Shown in pieces: positions 49,056 through 58,709 of a stretch of 64,000 nt of DNA (position 1 is its first letter; each line of letters opens with the position of its first letter). The translations under genes and the position numbers were made by a program. The stretch is taken from positions 69,862 through 133,861 of the forward strand of contig BTVY01000014.1 in NCBI GenBank assembly GCA_045863335.1, in the 5' to 3' direction. The notes below the pieces were generated by a model. The model was not told the origin of the DNA and did no database searches. It saw only the letters and a list, made by a program, of their open reading frames with translations. Origin of the DNA: Candidatus Hydrogenedentota bacterium. Lineage in GTDB: Bacteria > Hydrogenedentota > Hydrogenedentia > Hydrogenedentales > SLHB01.

Positions 49056-51479
49056 GTGAATTCACTGGATAGCACATCGCCGCCTATGAACGCCTCCGCC
49101 GGCTGCCCGCGCGAGGACGATCTCGTTACCGCGTCGTCGCCGGTTGACCGAGGCATTTGGCGGCCGCTTACCGTCCAGGCGATTCTGCTTGCGCTCCTTC
49201 TCGTCGCCGCGTTTCCGGGCTTTGTGCTCCACGGCGAGCGCATCGCGCCGGGCGATCTGCTGTTTCTGACCCGGCCCTGGGAATTCTACGCGCCGCCGGA
49301 CTTTGAGCGCCCCGCGAACCCCTTGATGCCTGACGTCGTCACCGCCTTTGTTCCCTACTACGCCCTGACCCGGATGGCTCTCGAGAAAGGCGAATGGCCC
49401 CTCTGGAACCATCTCGAATATGGCGGCATGCCGCTCCTGGGAAACGCGCAAAGCGCCGTCTTCTATCCCCCCAGGCTGTTGCACGAGCTGTTCGAATTGC
49501 ATCTTGCCACGTCCTTCTACATCCTCCTGAAACTCTGGCTCTGCGGCATGACGGCTTTCATCTGCGCGCGCTGCCTCGGATTGAGCCTTGCCGTGTCGCG
49601 CTTCTTCTCCATCGCATGGATGCTCGGCGGATTCAACCTACTCTGGAGCTACTGGTCTTTGCCGGACGTGGCGGCCTGGCTCCCGATTCTCTTTCTCGGA
49701 ACCGAGTGGGTGATCGAGGCCAGGTACCGCAAAGGCATTTTCACCATGGCGATTGGCGGCGCGCTCATGCTCTTGGCGGGCCACCCTGAAACCGCCTTTA
49801 TCATGGCCGCTGGCGTGGGACAGTATTTCTTTCTTCGCCTTCTGCTCGATCAACGGTGGGGCTATGCATTACTCCGGCCTCTGGCCGCTGCCGGGGCCGC
49901 ATGGTCACTTGCGTTGTGTTTCTGTGCAGCCCAGTTGCTCCCCTTCATCGAATACCTCGCCCTCAGCTCGACCCTCTACGACCGCGGAACGCACGGTCTG
50001 GCCCCGGGCCTGTCGCTGGACGCGGTCGTGGCATTCTTCGCGCCCCGGTTCTACGGCACCTCCGCCGACGGCAACTACTGGGGTGCTCCCGCGCTCAGTT
50101 CGAACGCCTACATGATGATCTACCCGGGCATCGCCGTTTGGCTGGGTATATGATGCCTGGCTGCGCGCGGCAAGTTCCCACCGGCCCACCGGCACCGCAT
50201 ATTCTCCCTGCTTGTCGTAAGCCTCTTCGGCATCCTGCTGGCCTTCGACGCGCCTACGATCGGCCGGATCAACGAACTGCCGGTCATCCATTCCATGATC
50301 AAGTTTTATCACGTCGCATTTGCCGTCTTTGCATTGCCCCTTGTGAGCGCCCTCGGGATTGATCACTGGTTCTCTCGCCCGCGCAGAGTCAAGGAACTCT
50401 GGCCCGCTATCCTGCTCTATACCACGATGGGTATCGTGATGGCTTCGGTTTACGTCTTTTCGCAGGGATACATTCAACGAGTCCACCTCGACGAATACGT
50501 GGCCGAGCAGGTGATAATCGCGGCGGCACTTGCCCTCGCCTCGTTGGGAATCGTCGCGGCATACCGGAATTGGAATCGGCCCGCAGTCCTCGTGAATCTT
50601 CTTTCGCTTGTGCTGGTCTGCGATTTGCTCCTCGCCGGACGGGGTACCCGGCCGACTCTGGCGCCCGAGTATCTGTATCCGGAAACAAAGCTCACGCAGT
50701 TTCTCCAAGGGCTCCCTCCGCCCGCTCGCGTTGCCCTGGGAGATGGTGGGATCGCTTCCGGGCTGATGGTTCCCTACGGCATCGAAGACTGGCTGGGATA
50801 CGACGGCCTCTACCCGCGCCGAATGACTCGATTCCAAACCGAATTGGGTCAGGATGCGTGGGATTCCGTCGAACCGACGCGTTCGATCGAGTACGTGCTG
50901 AACGACCCGCGGTATGCCCCGGTCTTTCCACTCGAAGAGCATCCGGAATACTTTGATCGCCTCACCACACTGGACGGTATCGAGGTGTACCGGAACAAGC
51001 GCGCCTTTCACCGCGCATGGCTCGCGCCCCAGGCTCGGGTGATTCCCGACCTGGACGAGATGTTCGACGTGATGCGCGATCCGTCCTTCGACCCTTCGCG
51101 CGTCGCCCTGGTCGAGCGGCCTCTGCCAGACGGCCTGGACGCTGCCGGCACCCCCCTCGACCCCACCGAATACGCCAAAGTGATCGATCGCACCACGACT
51201 CGCGTTACCATTGAGGTCGAAACGCAGGCCAATCGAGTGCTCACGCTCTCTGACGCGTACTATCCCGGTTGGCAGGCCTCCATCGATGGCGAGCCCACGC
51301 CGGTGTTTCCCACATTCTCGGTGTACCGCGGTATCGTCGTGCCGAAAGGGAGGCACACCGTGGATTTCCACTACTGGCCCTGGACCTTCACCGCCGGTCT
51401 TACACTCACTGCGGCGACGTGTCTCTTTACGCTTGGTTTCGCACTAAAATCGCAACGCATCGCGACTCGCCGCAGATAG
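49056..51479 (+). pseudogene. YfhO-like membrane glycosyltransferase interrupted by one in-frame TGA (50151-50153)
   Basis: ORFs 49056-50153 and 50295-51479 are in the same frame and the sequence after TGA stays open (CLAARGKFPP...). PLWNH...G.PLLGN.QSAVFYP, GHPE and DAYYPGWQASIDG motifs. Confidence 0.72.
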
Positions 51480-51494
51480 GAGTTTCGTGGTTGG

Positions 51495-54400
51495 CTACAG
51501 AGCGGCCAATGCTCCCGCGCATCGCTCTACATATGCGTTCTGCGTATCCGATCCCTGGCGTCCGGATGCGCCCGACTCCCACGCGGACTTTGCTTCATCC
51601 AAACGATCCAGCGTCGCCAAGGCCTGGCCCCTCCAATAGTGCTCTTCCGCCTCTTCCGGTTTCGCCGAACGCCCGACGCCGAGGTTCTCTGGATACGTGA
51701 GCGCCGCCTCGAAGTCCTTAAGGGCGCCTTCGGCGTCGCCCGTTTCCAGCCGCTGCTTGCCGCGCTCCAGGTGCGCCCTCGACCAGACGCGCCAGGACTG
51801 GTTGTTGTTCTCCCAGTTCGAGAAGTACGAATCATCCAACATCGCGATCGTGTCGTCGTACCGCTTCGCCGCGTTGTACGTTTCCGCCAACAGCACGGTC
51901 ACGTCGCCGCGCCGCGGACGTTCAAGGGGCATGTTCTCCAACAAGGCGATCGCTTTGTCCCGCTGTTCCAACGCGATCAGAATGCTTGCTGCGTCCCGGT
52001 ACAGCGTCTGATCCGACGGGAAGGTCGCGATGGCCCGTTCGTACAATTGAAACGCGCGTTCCAGGCCGCCGTCCTTCTTCCAGGCATAGAGTCCCAGGTT
52101 CCGGTACGCGACGCTGGGTGCGTTCGGCAGATCCGCGGCTGCCTCCCACGCCTTCACCGCTTCGTCGAGACGGCCCAAACCCGCGTACAAATTGCCCAGG
52201 TAGAGATGAGGTCGAGGGTTTTTGACGTCCGCTTCCATTGCGTATCGGAGGACGGATTCGAATTCCAGGTGAGATGGGAATGCATAATGGGGGAACACGG
52301 AATTCGCCATGTCCAGATACCGTCCCTCCTCGATCGGCCGGTCGAGCTTGTTCGCAAGGTACGCCATGAGGTACCAGGGAAGCGGCCGATCCCGCATGTC
52401 GCTGAGCGGGCCGAGATACTGTACCTGATGCGTGGCCGGAATCGGCTTGCGGTACGCGGCATCCAACAGAGTCAGGGCCTCTTCCGTCAGTCCGAGTCCG
52501 TCGAAGAAGAACACCAGGTTCTCCATTTCGAACTCATACCGGCCCATGAACACCTTCATCTCTTCCACGAATTCATCCATCAAATTCGGATACACAAACG
52601 CCAGCAGCGCGCTCGGAACAAAATCGAGGGGGTCGCTCATCCGCGCCTTCGCGGCTTCGGTGGCTACCAAGTCGTACTCACCCGCGGCATACAGCGCGGC
52701 CAACCGGTGGTCACGCGCCCGCGAATCGGCGGGGTTCAATCCCGCGGCTTGCGCAAAGGCCTTGACCGCATCGGCGTGGATCCCTTGGCGCATCAGGGCG
52801 CGGCCGACCAGGTCATAACCGAGCGACCGCTCATCAAGCAAACCAATCACACGGTATCCGCACGACACCGCGTCTTCGGCACGGTTCTGACCCAGCCGCG
52901 CCACGCCGAGGTAGTACCAAGACAGGTCGTCCTTTGGATTTCGATCGAGCGCCTGTTCCAGCCGTTCGGCTGCTAAGTCGAACAATCCCGCTTCGAGATC
53001 CAACACCGCGAGCGAACGCAATGCAGGAACGAAGTCCGTATCAAACGTCAGCGCTCGCTCGTAGGCCTCCCGCGCGGCGGTGCGGTCGATGCGCTCTTCC
53101 GCGGTTACCCCTTCCAACCAGGCTTGTTCGGCTGTGGTGACGGGATCGGGTTCGCCCGGCGGGGGTGGTGTCCTTTCCGGAACTGGCAACGGAGAGACGT
53201 ACTCAGCAAGCACTTCGCGCTCCGCGGTCTCAATACGTATGGCAACCGGCGATTCCGCCGCGCCGGTCTGAGTCAACACGATCGGCGCGTCGGGCGACAG
53301 GTCCACGGTTTCTTCCCGCAGCACAGAGCCGTCGCGGGCTATTACGCATCGCGCGCCGTCAAACTCGCCCGTCGCCAGCACGCGAATCTCCAGGTCGCCG
53401 TCTTTGCGATACGTCTGAATCGCCGCGTCCTGCGTTGCATACTCGAATCCGTCTCCCAACCCATGCACGGGATACCACCATTCGCGCCAGGCGACCTCCT
53501 CGCGCGGGCCCAGCAGGCCGTAATCCGCCTGCGTGCGCAAGGGTCCGCTCTGCACTTCGATGTACGGCCCGTCCTCGTCGGTCAACGCGGCCTGGCTGGC
53601 CGAACCGTCGCCGGATTGTCCCCAGGTCCACGCTTTCTTTCCCGTGACAATCTCGTGGTTGCCGTACTGCACGATGCCGCGGTCCGAGTCCACTTCGTAG
53701 GCGCCGAAGAAATCGAAGGCGCATTCGTACGCGAACACGGACGTAGGCTCGTCATAGTTCTTCAACCACGTCAGGTCGCGCCCGTTGTCGACGGGCCATT
53801 GAAAGAAGTTCGTACCGCCGTGATCGGTGCCCAAGGTCATGGGGTAGATGAAGCGCGTCCCCGGAACGCAGGGGAACGCCGTGTTGTTCCAGAAGTAGTA
53901 GCTGTGCGTGCCGTCGGTCGGATTGTAGATGCGGATCTGCTCGTCCAGATACGCCTTGCCCGGGTGCAGGGTCAACACCACATTCCATCGCGTGTGAAAG
54001 TTCATCTCCCGGTAGCCAATCACCAGCGACGCGGAACCATCCTCGTGCGTCTGCGAGACGACGTTCACCGGCGAGAAGCTCGTCACCGTGTGTCCCTGCG
54101 GCCCGCGATTCCACTCAATCCCGCCTGAGACCCAGGCGCCGCGCATCGCGATAAGCCCGGGTTTGATCACGTTGTTCAGATGAAACATCTGCTCGTTCGT
54201 CGTCTTGTCGAGCACGGAATGAATGCGACCGCCAATCTGGGGAAGACAGGTCACCTTGAGGTACTCATTCTCCAGAAAGATTGCGCGGTACGTCCGCTCT
54301 TCTCTCACCGTCGAGAGGTGATCTTGCATGGTGTAGGGGTAGACGATAGATCCTTCCAACTCAAAGATCTTCGGATTCACGTCCGCACCGTAGATGGGAT

Positions 54401-54515
54401 ACGTGGGGATCACGATTTCGCCTTCCCACGCTTTCACCGCGCCGTCCCGCGCCGCCGCACTCAACACCAGCCCCGCCGCCATAACCAAACCAAGCACGCC
54501 ACGCCACCGCCGCAT
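51495..54515 (-). CDS. DUF5107 domain plus TPR-repeat protein
   Basis: LENEYLKV..LP..GGRI, KPGLI..RGAWVSGGIEWN, GKKAWTWG, LTD.DGPYIEVQSG; C-terminal TPRs; YPENLGVG. Confidence 0.85.
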   Translation of the reverse strand: MRRWRGVLGLVMAAGLVLSAAARDGAVKAWEGEIVIPTYPIYGADVNPKIFELEGSIVYPYTMQDHLSTVREERTYRAIFLENEYLKVTCLPQIGGRIHSVLDKTTNEQMFHLNNVIKPGLIAMRGAWVSGGIEWNRGPQGHTVTSFSPVNVVSQTHEDGSASLVIGYREMNFHTRWNVVLTLHPGKAYLDEQIRIYNPTDGTHSYYFWNNTAFPCVPGTRFIYPMTLGTDHGGTNFFQWPVDNGRDLTWLKNYDEPTSVFAYECAFDFFGAYEVDSDRGIVQYGNHEIVTGKKAWTWGQSGDGSASQAALTDEDGPYIEVQSGPLRTQADYGLLGPREEVAWREWWYPVHGLGDGFEYATQDAAIQTYRKDGDLEIRVLATGEFDGARCVIARDGSVLREETVDLSPDAPIVLTQTGAAESPVAIRIETAEREVLAEYVSPLPVPERTPPPPGEPDPVTTAEQAWLEGVTAEERIDRTAAREAYERALTFDTDFVPALRSLAVLDLEAGLFDLAAERLEQALDRNPKDDLSWYYLGVARLGQNRAEDAVSCGYRVIGLLDERSLGYDLVGRALMRQGIHADAVKAFAQAAGLNPADSRARDHRLAALYAAGEYDLVATEAAKARMSDPLDFVPSALLAFVYPNLMDEFVEEMKVFMGRYEFEMENLVFFFDGLGLTEEALTLLDAAYRKPIPATHQVQYLGPLSDMRDRPLPWYLMAYLANKLDRPIEEGRYLDMANSVFPHYAFPSHLEFESVLRYAMEADVKNPRPHLYLGNLYAGLGRLDEAVKAWEAAADLPNAPSVAYRNLGLYAWKKDGGLERAFQLYERAIATFPSDQTLYRDAASILIALEQRDKAIALLENMPLERPRRGDVTVLLAETYNAAKRYDDTIAMLDDSYFSNWENNNQSWRVWSRAHLERGKQRLETGDAEGALKDFEAALTYPENLGVGRSAKPEEAEEHYWRGQALATLDRLDEAKSAWESGASGRQGSDTQNAYVERCAGALAAL

Positions 54516-54616
54516 ACGTTCAGCCCTCCCATGCGCTACCGCGATATCGATTTCCCCAAGTATGGGCGACTTCCCGCAGGCAATGCGAACTTCACACGAA
54601 CCGCCTGAGCAATCCG

Positions 54617-54689
54617 GTCAGTCGGATCAGTCGGATCGGTCCGATCGGTCAGCCTTCCGTATCCAGTCCGTCCGTGTAGGTCCGTGTTC
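54617..54689. repeat. 9-mer (GTCGGATCA-like) and 10-mer (GTCCGTGTNN) short tandem repeats upstream of the portal
   Basis: gtcggatca gtcggatcg gtccgatcg; gtccgtgtag gtccgtgttc. Confidence 0.7.
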
Positions 54690-54763
54690 CCTTCCGGTCT
54701 CCAGCCTTTGTGCAACACCCCGCGCTAACTGGTTAGAAACCAACCCACGAGGATCACCGGTAA

Positions 54764-56023
54764 ATGCTCCACTGGCTCCAACGCTTCCGCCGCAACGTGC
54801 AACCCGCCCCGCGCGCCGAAACCTTCACCACCCGCGAACGCGGCGGAGCACTGTTCCCCGTATCGCTCGCGGAAGACCAGCGTCACTACCAGGGCATTCC
54901 CCGCGAGTTTGTCGCCCTTCCCAACGACACGCCCTTCGGTATGCTGCAGGTCTACCGTTTCTTGCGCGATGCGATCCCCGATATCTCGGATGCCGTGTGG
55001 ACGTGGAAACGCCTTTGTCAGACCGGCTACGACATCGAGATTCATAAGCCGTCGTCAGGCGCTGCGAAAAGCCGCGCGCAACGCCTGCTCCGCGAATTCG
55101 ACATGCGCGTGAACTCGGGCGACCGGGGCATGGACGGGCTCCTCGATGTTTTCTATACGTCCCTCTTCACCTACGGTGCCGCCGCGGTCGAGATCGTGCT
55201 CTCCCAAAGCCGCGAATCCATCTTCGACGTCGTCCCTGTCGACGTTTGGACCGTTCGCTTCCGCCGCGAGAATGGGGTTCTCCTTCCCTACCAAGTCCTC
55301 GACGGCGAAGCCATCCCCCTGCCGCCCGAACGGTTCATCTACGTCGGTCTCGATCGCGACGGCACCAATCCCTATGGGCGCTCCATGCTGCGGTCCATCC
55401 CCTTCGTCGTAAAGATTCAGCAGCGCCTCCTCGAAGACATGGCGAAGGCCACGCACAACGCCGGCTGGTCCAAACTGCACGTGCAATACACGCCGGACGA
55501 ACGCGCGCGCGGCGAATCGGCCGAGAACCACGAGAAACGGATCCAGGGCAATTTCGATCTGCTGCGGGATCGGCTATCCGGACTCGAGACCGACCAGAAC
55601 TTCGTCACCTTCGACAACGTGCGCGTGAACCTCATTCGCGGCGACCAACACGCGCAGATCTTCTACGACAACCACAAGGCCATCGAGGAACAGGTGATCA
55701 CCGGCATGCACCTCATGCCCATCCTGCTTGGCCGCAACTACGGCACAACGGAGACGTACGGCACGGCCCAGTTCGAAATCATCAACCGCCACGTCGAAGC
55801 CGTGAACCGCAGCGTCAAACGCATCCTCGAACGGTTGTACAACTTCGAACTCGCGCTCATGTGGGGATACGCCGAGGCCCGCGTGAAGATGCGCGCCAAC
55901 CGTACGGTCGACGTGCTCAAGGAAGCCAACGCGCGCCAACGCGAAATCGCGAACGCCATACAGCTCCGCGACGAAGGCTTCCTCTCCCACGACGACGCCG
56001 GGAAAACCCTCGGTATTGGATAG
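54764..56023 (+). CDS. Phage portal protein
   Basis: 419 aa, first gene of the cassette; LFTYGAAAVEIV, IPLPPERFIY, NPYGRSMLRSI (portal G.S.L motif), P.LLG...GT. Confidence 0.72.
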   Translation: MLHWLQRFRRNVQPAPRAETFTTRERGGALFPVSLAEDQRHYQGIPREFVALPNDTPFGMLQVYRFLRDAIPDISDAVWTWKRLCQTGYDIEIHKPSSGAAKSRAQRLLREFDMRVNSGDRGMDGLLDVFYTSLFTYGAAAVEIVLSQSRESIFDVVPVDVWTVRFRRENGVLLPYQVLDGEAIPLPPERFIYVGLDRDGTNPYGRSMLRSIPFVVKIQQRLLEDMAKATHNAGWSKLHVQYTPDERARGESAENHEKRIQGNFDLLRDRLSGLETDQNFVTFDNVRVNLIRGDQHAQIFYDNHKAIEEQVITGMHLMPILLGRNYGTTETYGTAQFEIINRHVEAVNRSVKRILERLYNFELALMWGYAEARVKMRANRTVDVLKEANARQREIANAIQLRDEGFLSHDDAGKTLGIG

Positions 56024-56031
56024 GTGTTCTC

Positions 56032-56062
56032 AATCCGCAATCCGCAATCCGAAGTCCGCAAT
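56032..56062. repeat. AATCCGC heptamer tandem repeat
   Basis: aatccgc aatccgc aatccga agtccgc aat; same family at 39731-39757, 58236-58260 and 63195-63226. Confidence 0.8.
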
Positions 56063-56065
56063 GGA

Positions 56066-56156
56066 AAGGGTCATACATGGGGACACTCGTTGGCCCCCTG
56101 AATGATTAGTAGTTATTTGCCCACCGGGCTGACGGGTGTCCCCATGTATGCCCCTT
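56066..56156 (+). other. Long stem-loop between portal and protease
   Basis: Arms 56066-56096 / 56126-56156, about 31 bp with 3 G-U pairs and 1 mismatch, 29-nt loop. Confidence 0.7.
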
Positions 56157-56183
56157 GCCTGACAACTGAAACGGAGCAACGCC

Positions 56184-56882
56184 ATGGATCTCGATCCCTT
56201 TGTATTCCGCCGCGAAGGCGCATTGGTCGCCGTGCGCGCCCGCACCGGCGACGGCGATCCCGCCGTCGAGGTGAACCGCTTTGCCTTGCGGCCCCTGGAG
56301 CCGCAAGAGTTCGCCGTGTTCACGCTAGACCTGTGCCACAACCAGATCGACCGGCACCACAGCCGCTTCCCCGACGACGAACTCGAGAAGATCAGCGCCA
56401 TGGCGCCGGGCCGTCCTCTCATGGAGCGCCACGACCTGCGCGGTTCTCTGCCGCGCGGCACCTTCTTCCGTTCGCAACTTCACCGGGACGGCAATCGCGT
56501 CTCGGTGCGGCCCGACGTGTACGTGTTGCGCACGCAGGACAACGCCGACTTCATCCTCAACATCGAAGGCGGCGTCTATCGCGAGACCTCCATCGGTTTC
56601 TCCTTCGAGATGCCGGAGTGTTCGATCTGCGGTAAGGACCTGCGCACCTGCGACCACGTCCCCGGCAAGACCTATGGCGACCATCAGTGCCACTACATCA
56701 TGCGCAACGTGCTCGAGGTCATCGAAGGCTCGGTCGTGTCGTCGGGATCCCAGGGTACCGGCTTCGTCGCTGCCGAACGCGCCGAACGCGCCCTGCCCCT
56801 GGACCAGGCATTGAAACTCGCGCGCGACGCCTACCACGAGCCCATCGAACTGCGCCCAAGATTCTGGTGGTCCCGCGAGTAA
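56184..56882 (+). CDS. Prohead (capsid maturation) protease with a Cys/His Zn-binding insert
   Basis: NQIDR...RF, LMERH, ETSIGF (catalytic Ser context), CSICG...CDH.PG..Y....C, EGSVV; follows the portal. Confidence 0.7.
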   Translation: MDLDPFVFRREGALVAVRARTGDGDPAVEVNRFALRPLEPQEFAVFTLDLCHNQIDRHHSRFPDDELEKISAMAPGRPLMERHDLRGSLPRGTFFRSQLHRDGNRVSVRPDVYVLRTQDNADFILNIEGGVYRETSIGFSFEMPECSICGKDLRTCDHVPGKTYGDHQCHYIMRNVLEVIEGSVVSSGSQGTGFVAAERAERALPLDQALKLARDAYHEPIELRPRFWWSRE

Positions 56883-56909
56883 ACGGTCAGAGGTGCTAAT
56901 CCCGTCTTC

Positions 56910-56944
56910 AATTCTTAATTCTTAATTCGTAATTCATAATTGCC
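56910..56944. repeat. AATTCNT heptamer tandem repeat
   Basis: aattctt aattctt aattcgt aattcat aattgcc; reverse complement of the family at 26429-26470. Confidence 0.8.
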
Positions 56945-56961
56945 AGGAGCCCGGTGATCCA

Positions 56962-57186
56962 ATGACCAACAATGCGACGTCTCCCTGCGAAACACCCCTC
57001 AGCGCAAGTCAATGCCCCTTCGGCATGATCTACGAAATCCAGATCAACAACCTCGCCGAAGACATCCGCGATCTGAAGGCCCGCGTGGATCGGCTGGAGG
57101 CGACCCTGACCCGAGGCGTCCTGCTCCTCGTCGCCAACCTAGTCGCCGTAGTCATTTCTCTGGGCCAGCAACTGCTCCATGCCTAG
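56962..57186 (+). CDS. Small coiled-coil plus C-terminal TM protein (holin/XhlA-like)
   Basis: AGGAG RBS; heptad INNLAEDIRDLKARVDRLE followed by GVLLLVANLVAVVISLG. Confidence 0.55.
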   Translation: MTNNATSPCETPLSASQCPFGMIYEIQINNLAEDIRDLKARVDRLEATLTRGVLLLVANLVAVVISLGQQLLHA

Positions 57187-57220
57187 ACGGCGTGGCGTTC
57201 CGCTGCGGCAAAAGGGCAGC

Positions 57221-57260
57221 TTCCGTGCCCGTCCGTGTAGGTCCGTGTAAGTCCGTGTTC
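57221..57260 (+). repeat. GTCCGTGTNN decamer x4
   Basis: ttccgtgccc gtccgtgtag gtccgtgtaa gtccgtgttc. Confidence 0.8.
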
Positions 57261-57296
57261 TTTCAATCCGCGATATGACATACGAGGAAATATTCA

Positions 57297-57995
57297 ATGT
57301 ACTGGTCCCTCACCACCGAACCGCTCGATCCCGCGCAACGCGCCTGCGCCCCCGACGGACGTTACGTCCTTCATCGCCATCGCGACGCCATCGGCGCGCA
57401 CCTTGATCTGCGCATTGAGACCGGCGATTGCCTCACCGGCTGGCGCATCGACGCGACTGCGTTGGACGGCGAACCCTGGGCCACGGAGAAGGCGCCCCAC
57501 GACTTGAGCTGGCTGAAACATCCCGGCGACGCCATCTGCCTCGAAGCCGGCACGTACCAATGGCTCGAGTCCACGGAAGATGAACGCGCAATCGCCCTGC
57601 ACAGCAACGGGGAATCCCGCGTGATTCGCATGCGTCGCGTGGACGGGTTGCCGCCCGCGGCAGTCCGGGATATCCGCCAGGCCCTCGACGAGGGTGGCGT
57701 TTACGAACACGACGCCGCGCGTCTCATAACGGACGGCGTCACGGCCCGCACGCGGGCCCTCGAACGCTTCTGCGGTCTCGGACGCGAACTCGACGGGCCG
57801 TCCTTCGACGACACCCTTTGGCGAAAGACGCTGGCGCAGTTGTCGTTGGATGAGATTCACGTGCACCTGCGCGCCTACGAGATCCGCTTTGACCGAAAGT
57901 ACCCGCCCGCGCCGGTGTCGCAGCCCGAGCCGCTCCAGGAAGAGGGCTCGCGTGATCCCCGCCGCGCCATGAACATTCTGCGGGAGCCGGCGTGA
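57297..57995 (+). CDS. LigD 3'-phosphoesterase-like domain plus helical (scaffold-like) C-terminus
   Basis: RYVLHRHRDAIGAHLDLRIE...LTGW resembles LigD FVVQKH....HYDFRLE...L.SW; PHDLSW; EAGTY; sits in the scaffold position. Confidence 0.55.
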   Translation: MYWSLTTEPLDPAQRACAPDGRYVLHRHRDAIGAHLDLRIETGDCLTGWRIDATALDGEPWATEKAPHDLSWLKHPGDAICLEAGTYQWLESTEDERAIALHSNGESRVIRMRRVDGLPPAAVRDIRQALDEGGVYEHDAARLITDGVTARTRALERFCGLGRELDGPSFDDTLWRKTLAQLSLDEIHVHLRAYEIRFDRKYPPAPVSQPEPLQEEGSRDPRRAMNILREPA

Positions 57996-58051
57996 ATGAG
58001 TGCAATCCGCCGCGCAATTGGAATGAAGACAAGCAACCATCCTCATGCCTT

Positions 58052-58260
58052 ATAGGCCGTATATGACTCATAGGACCAATAAGACAGGATGAATGCGGCC
58101 AGTTGAATCCCTCTCGCCCAATGCGGGTCCACGAATACCAACGGGCATTCTGAAAGATGTTGTTCGCCACGGGCCCTCGTAAGGAGTGATTGGTCCTATA
58201 CGTCCTATAGGTCCCATACGTCCTATTCTTCGCGCAATCCGCAATCCGCAATCCACAATC
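58052..58260. repeat. Inverted 9-mer repeat pair plus AATCCGC heptamers
   Basis: taggaccaat ... attggtccta; gtcctatac gtcctatag gtcccatac gtcctattc; aatccgc x2-3. Confidence 0.7.
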
Positions 58261-58274
58261 AAAGGAGTTTCCCC

Positions 58275-58655
58275 ATGGCATACGGAGACGTAGGCGGTTC
58301 GGTTACCGAACTCGTCATCACCTGCAAAACCCCAGCGGCCGGCACCATCGACATCGCCCCCGGCGACGCCGTCAAACTGACCGGCCCCTATGAAGTGAAC
58401 AACGCCACCGACGACGAAGACGTCATTTTCGGCGAAGCACTCGCGGCTGCCGACGCGAACGCGATGGCAATCCCCGTGAAGGTTCGCGGGATCAGCATCT
58501 TCAGCTATACCGGCTCCGCCCCGGCCGTCGACGGCGAGGCAGGCATTCTCGCCTCGGCCACCGACGGAACCGTGAAAGCGCCCGCGTCCGGTAACGGCGT
58601 CGGCATCAACCTCAAAGTGGACGAAGGCGCAAACAAGGTACACGTCCTGCTCTAG
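58275..58655 (+). CDS. Capsid decoration/cement protein (DUF2190-like)
   Basis: 126 aa, G/A/V-rich, I..GDAVKL and G.AL.AA motifs; immediately upstream of the major capsid; AAGGAG RBS. Confidence 0.6.
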   Translation: MAYGDVGGSVTELVITCKTPAAGTIDIAPGDAVKLTGPYEVNNATDDEDVIFGEALAAADANAMAIPVKVRGISIFSYTGSAPAVDGEAGILASATDGTVKAPASGNGVGINLKVDEGANKVHVLL

Positions 58656-58709
58656 ATCAACCAACCCCCACACCCCAAATCCCAAACCCTAACCAAGGAA
58701 AACCTCTTC

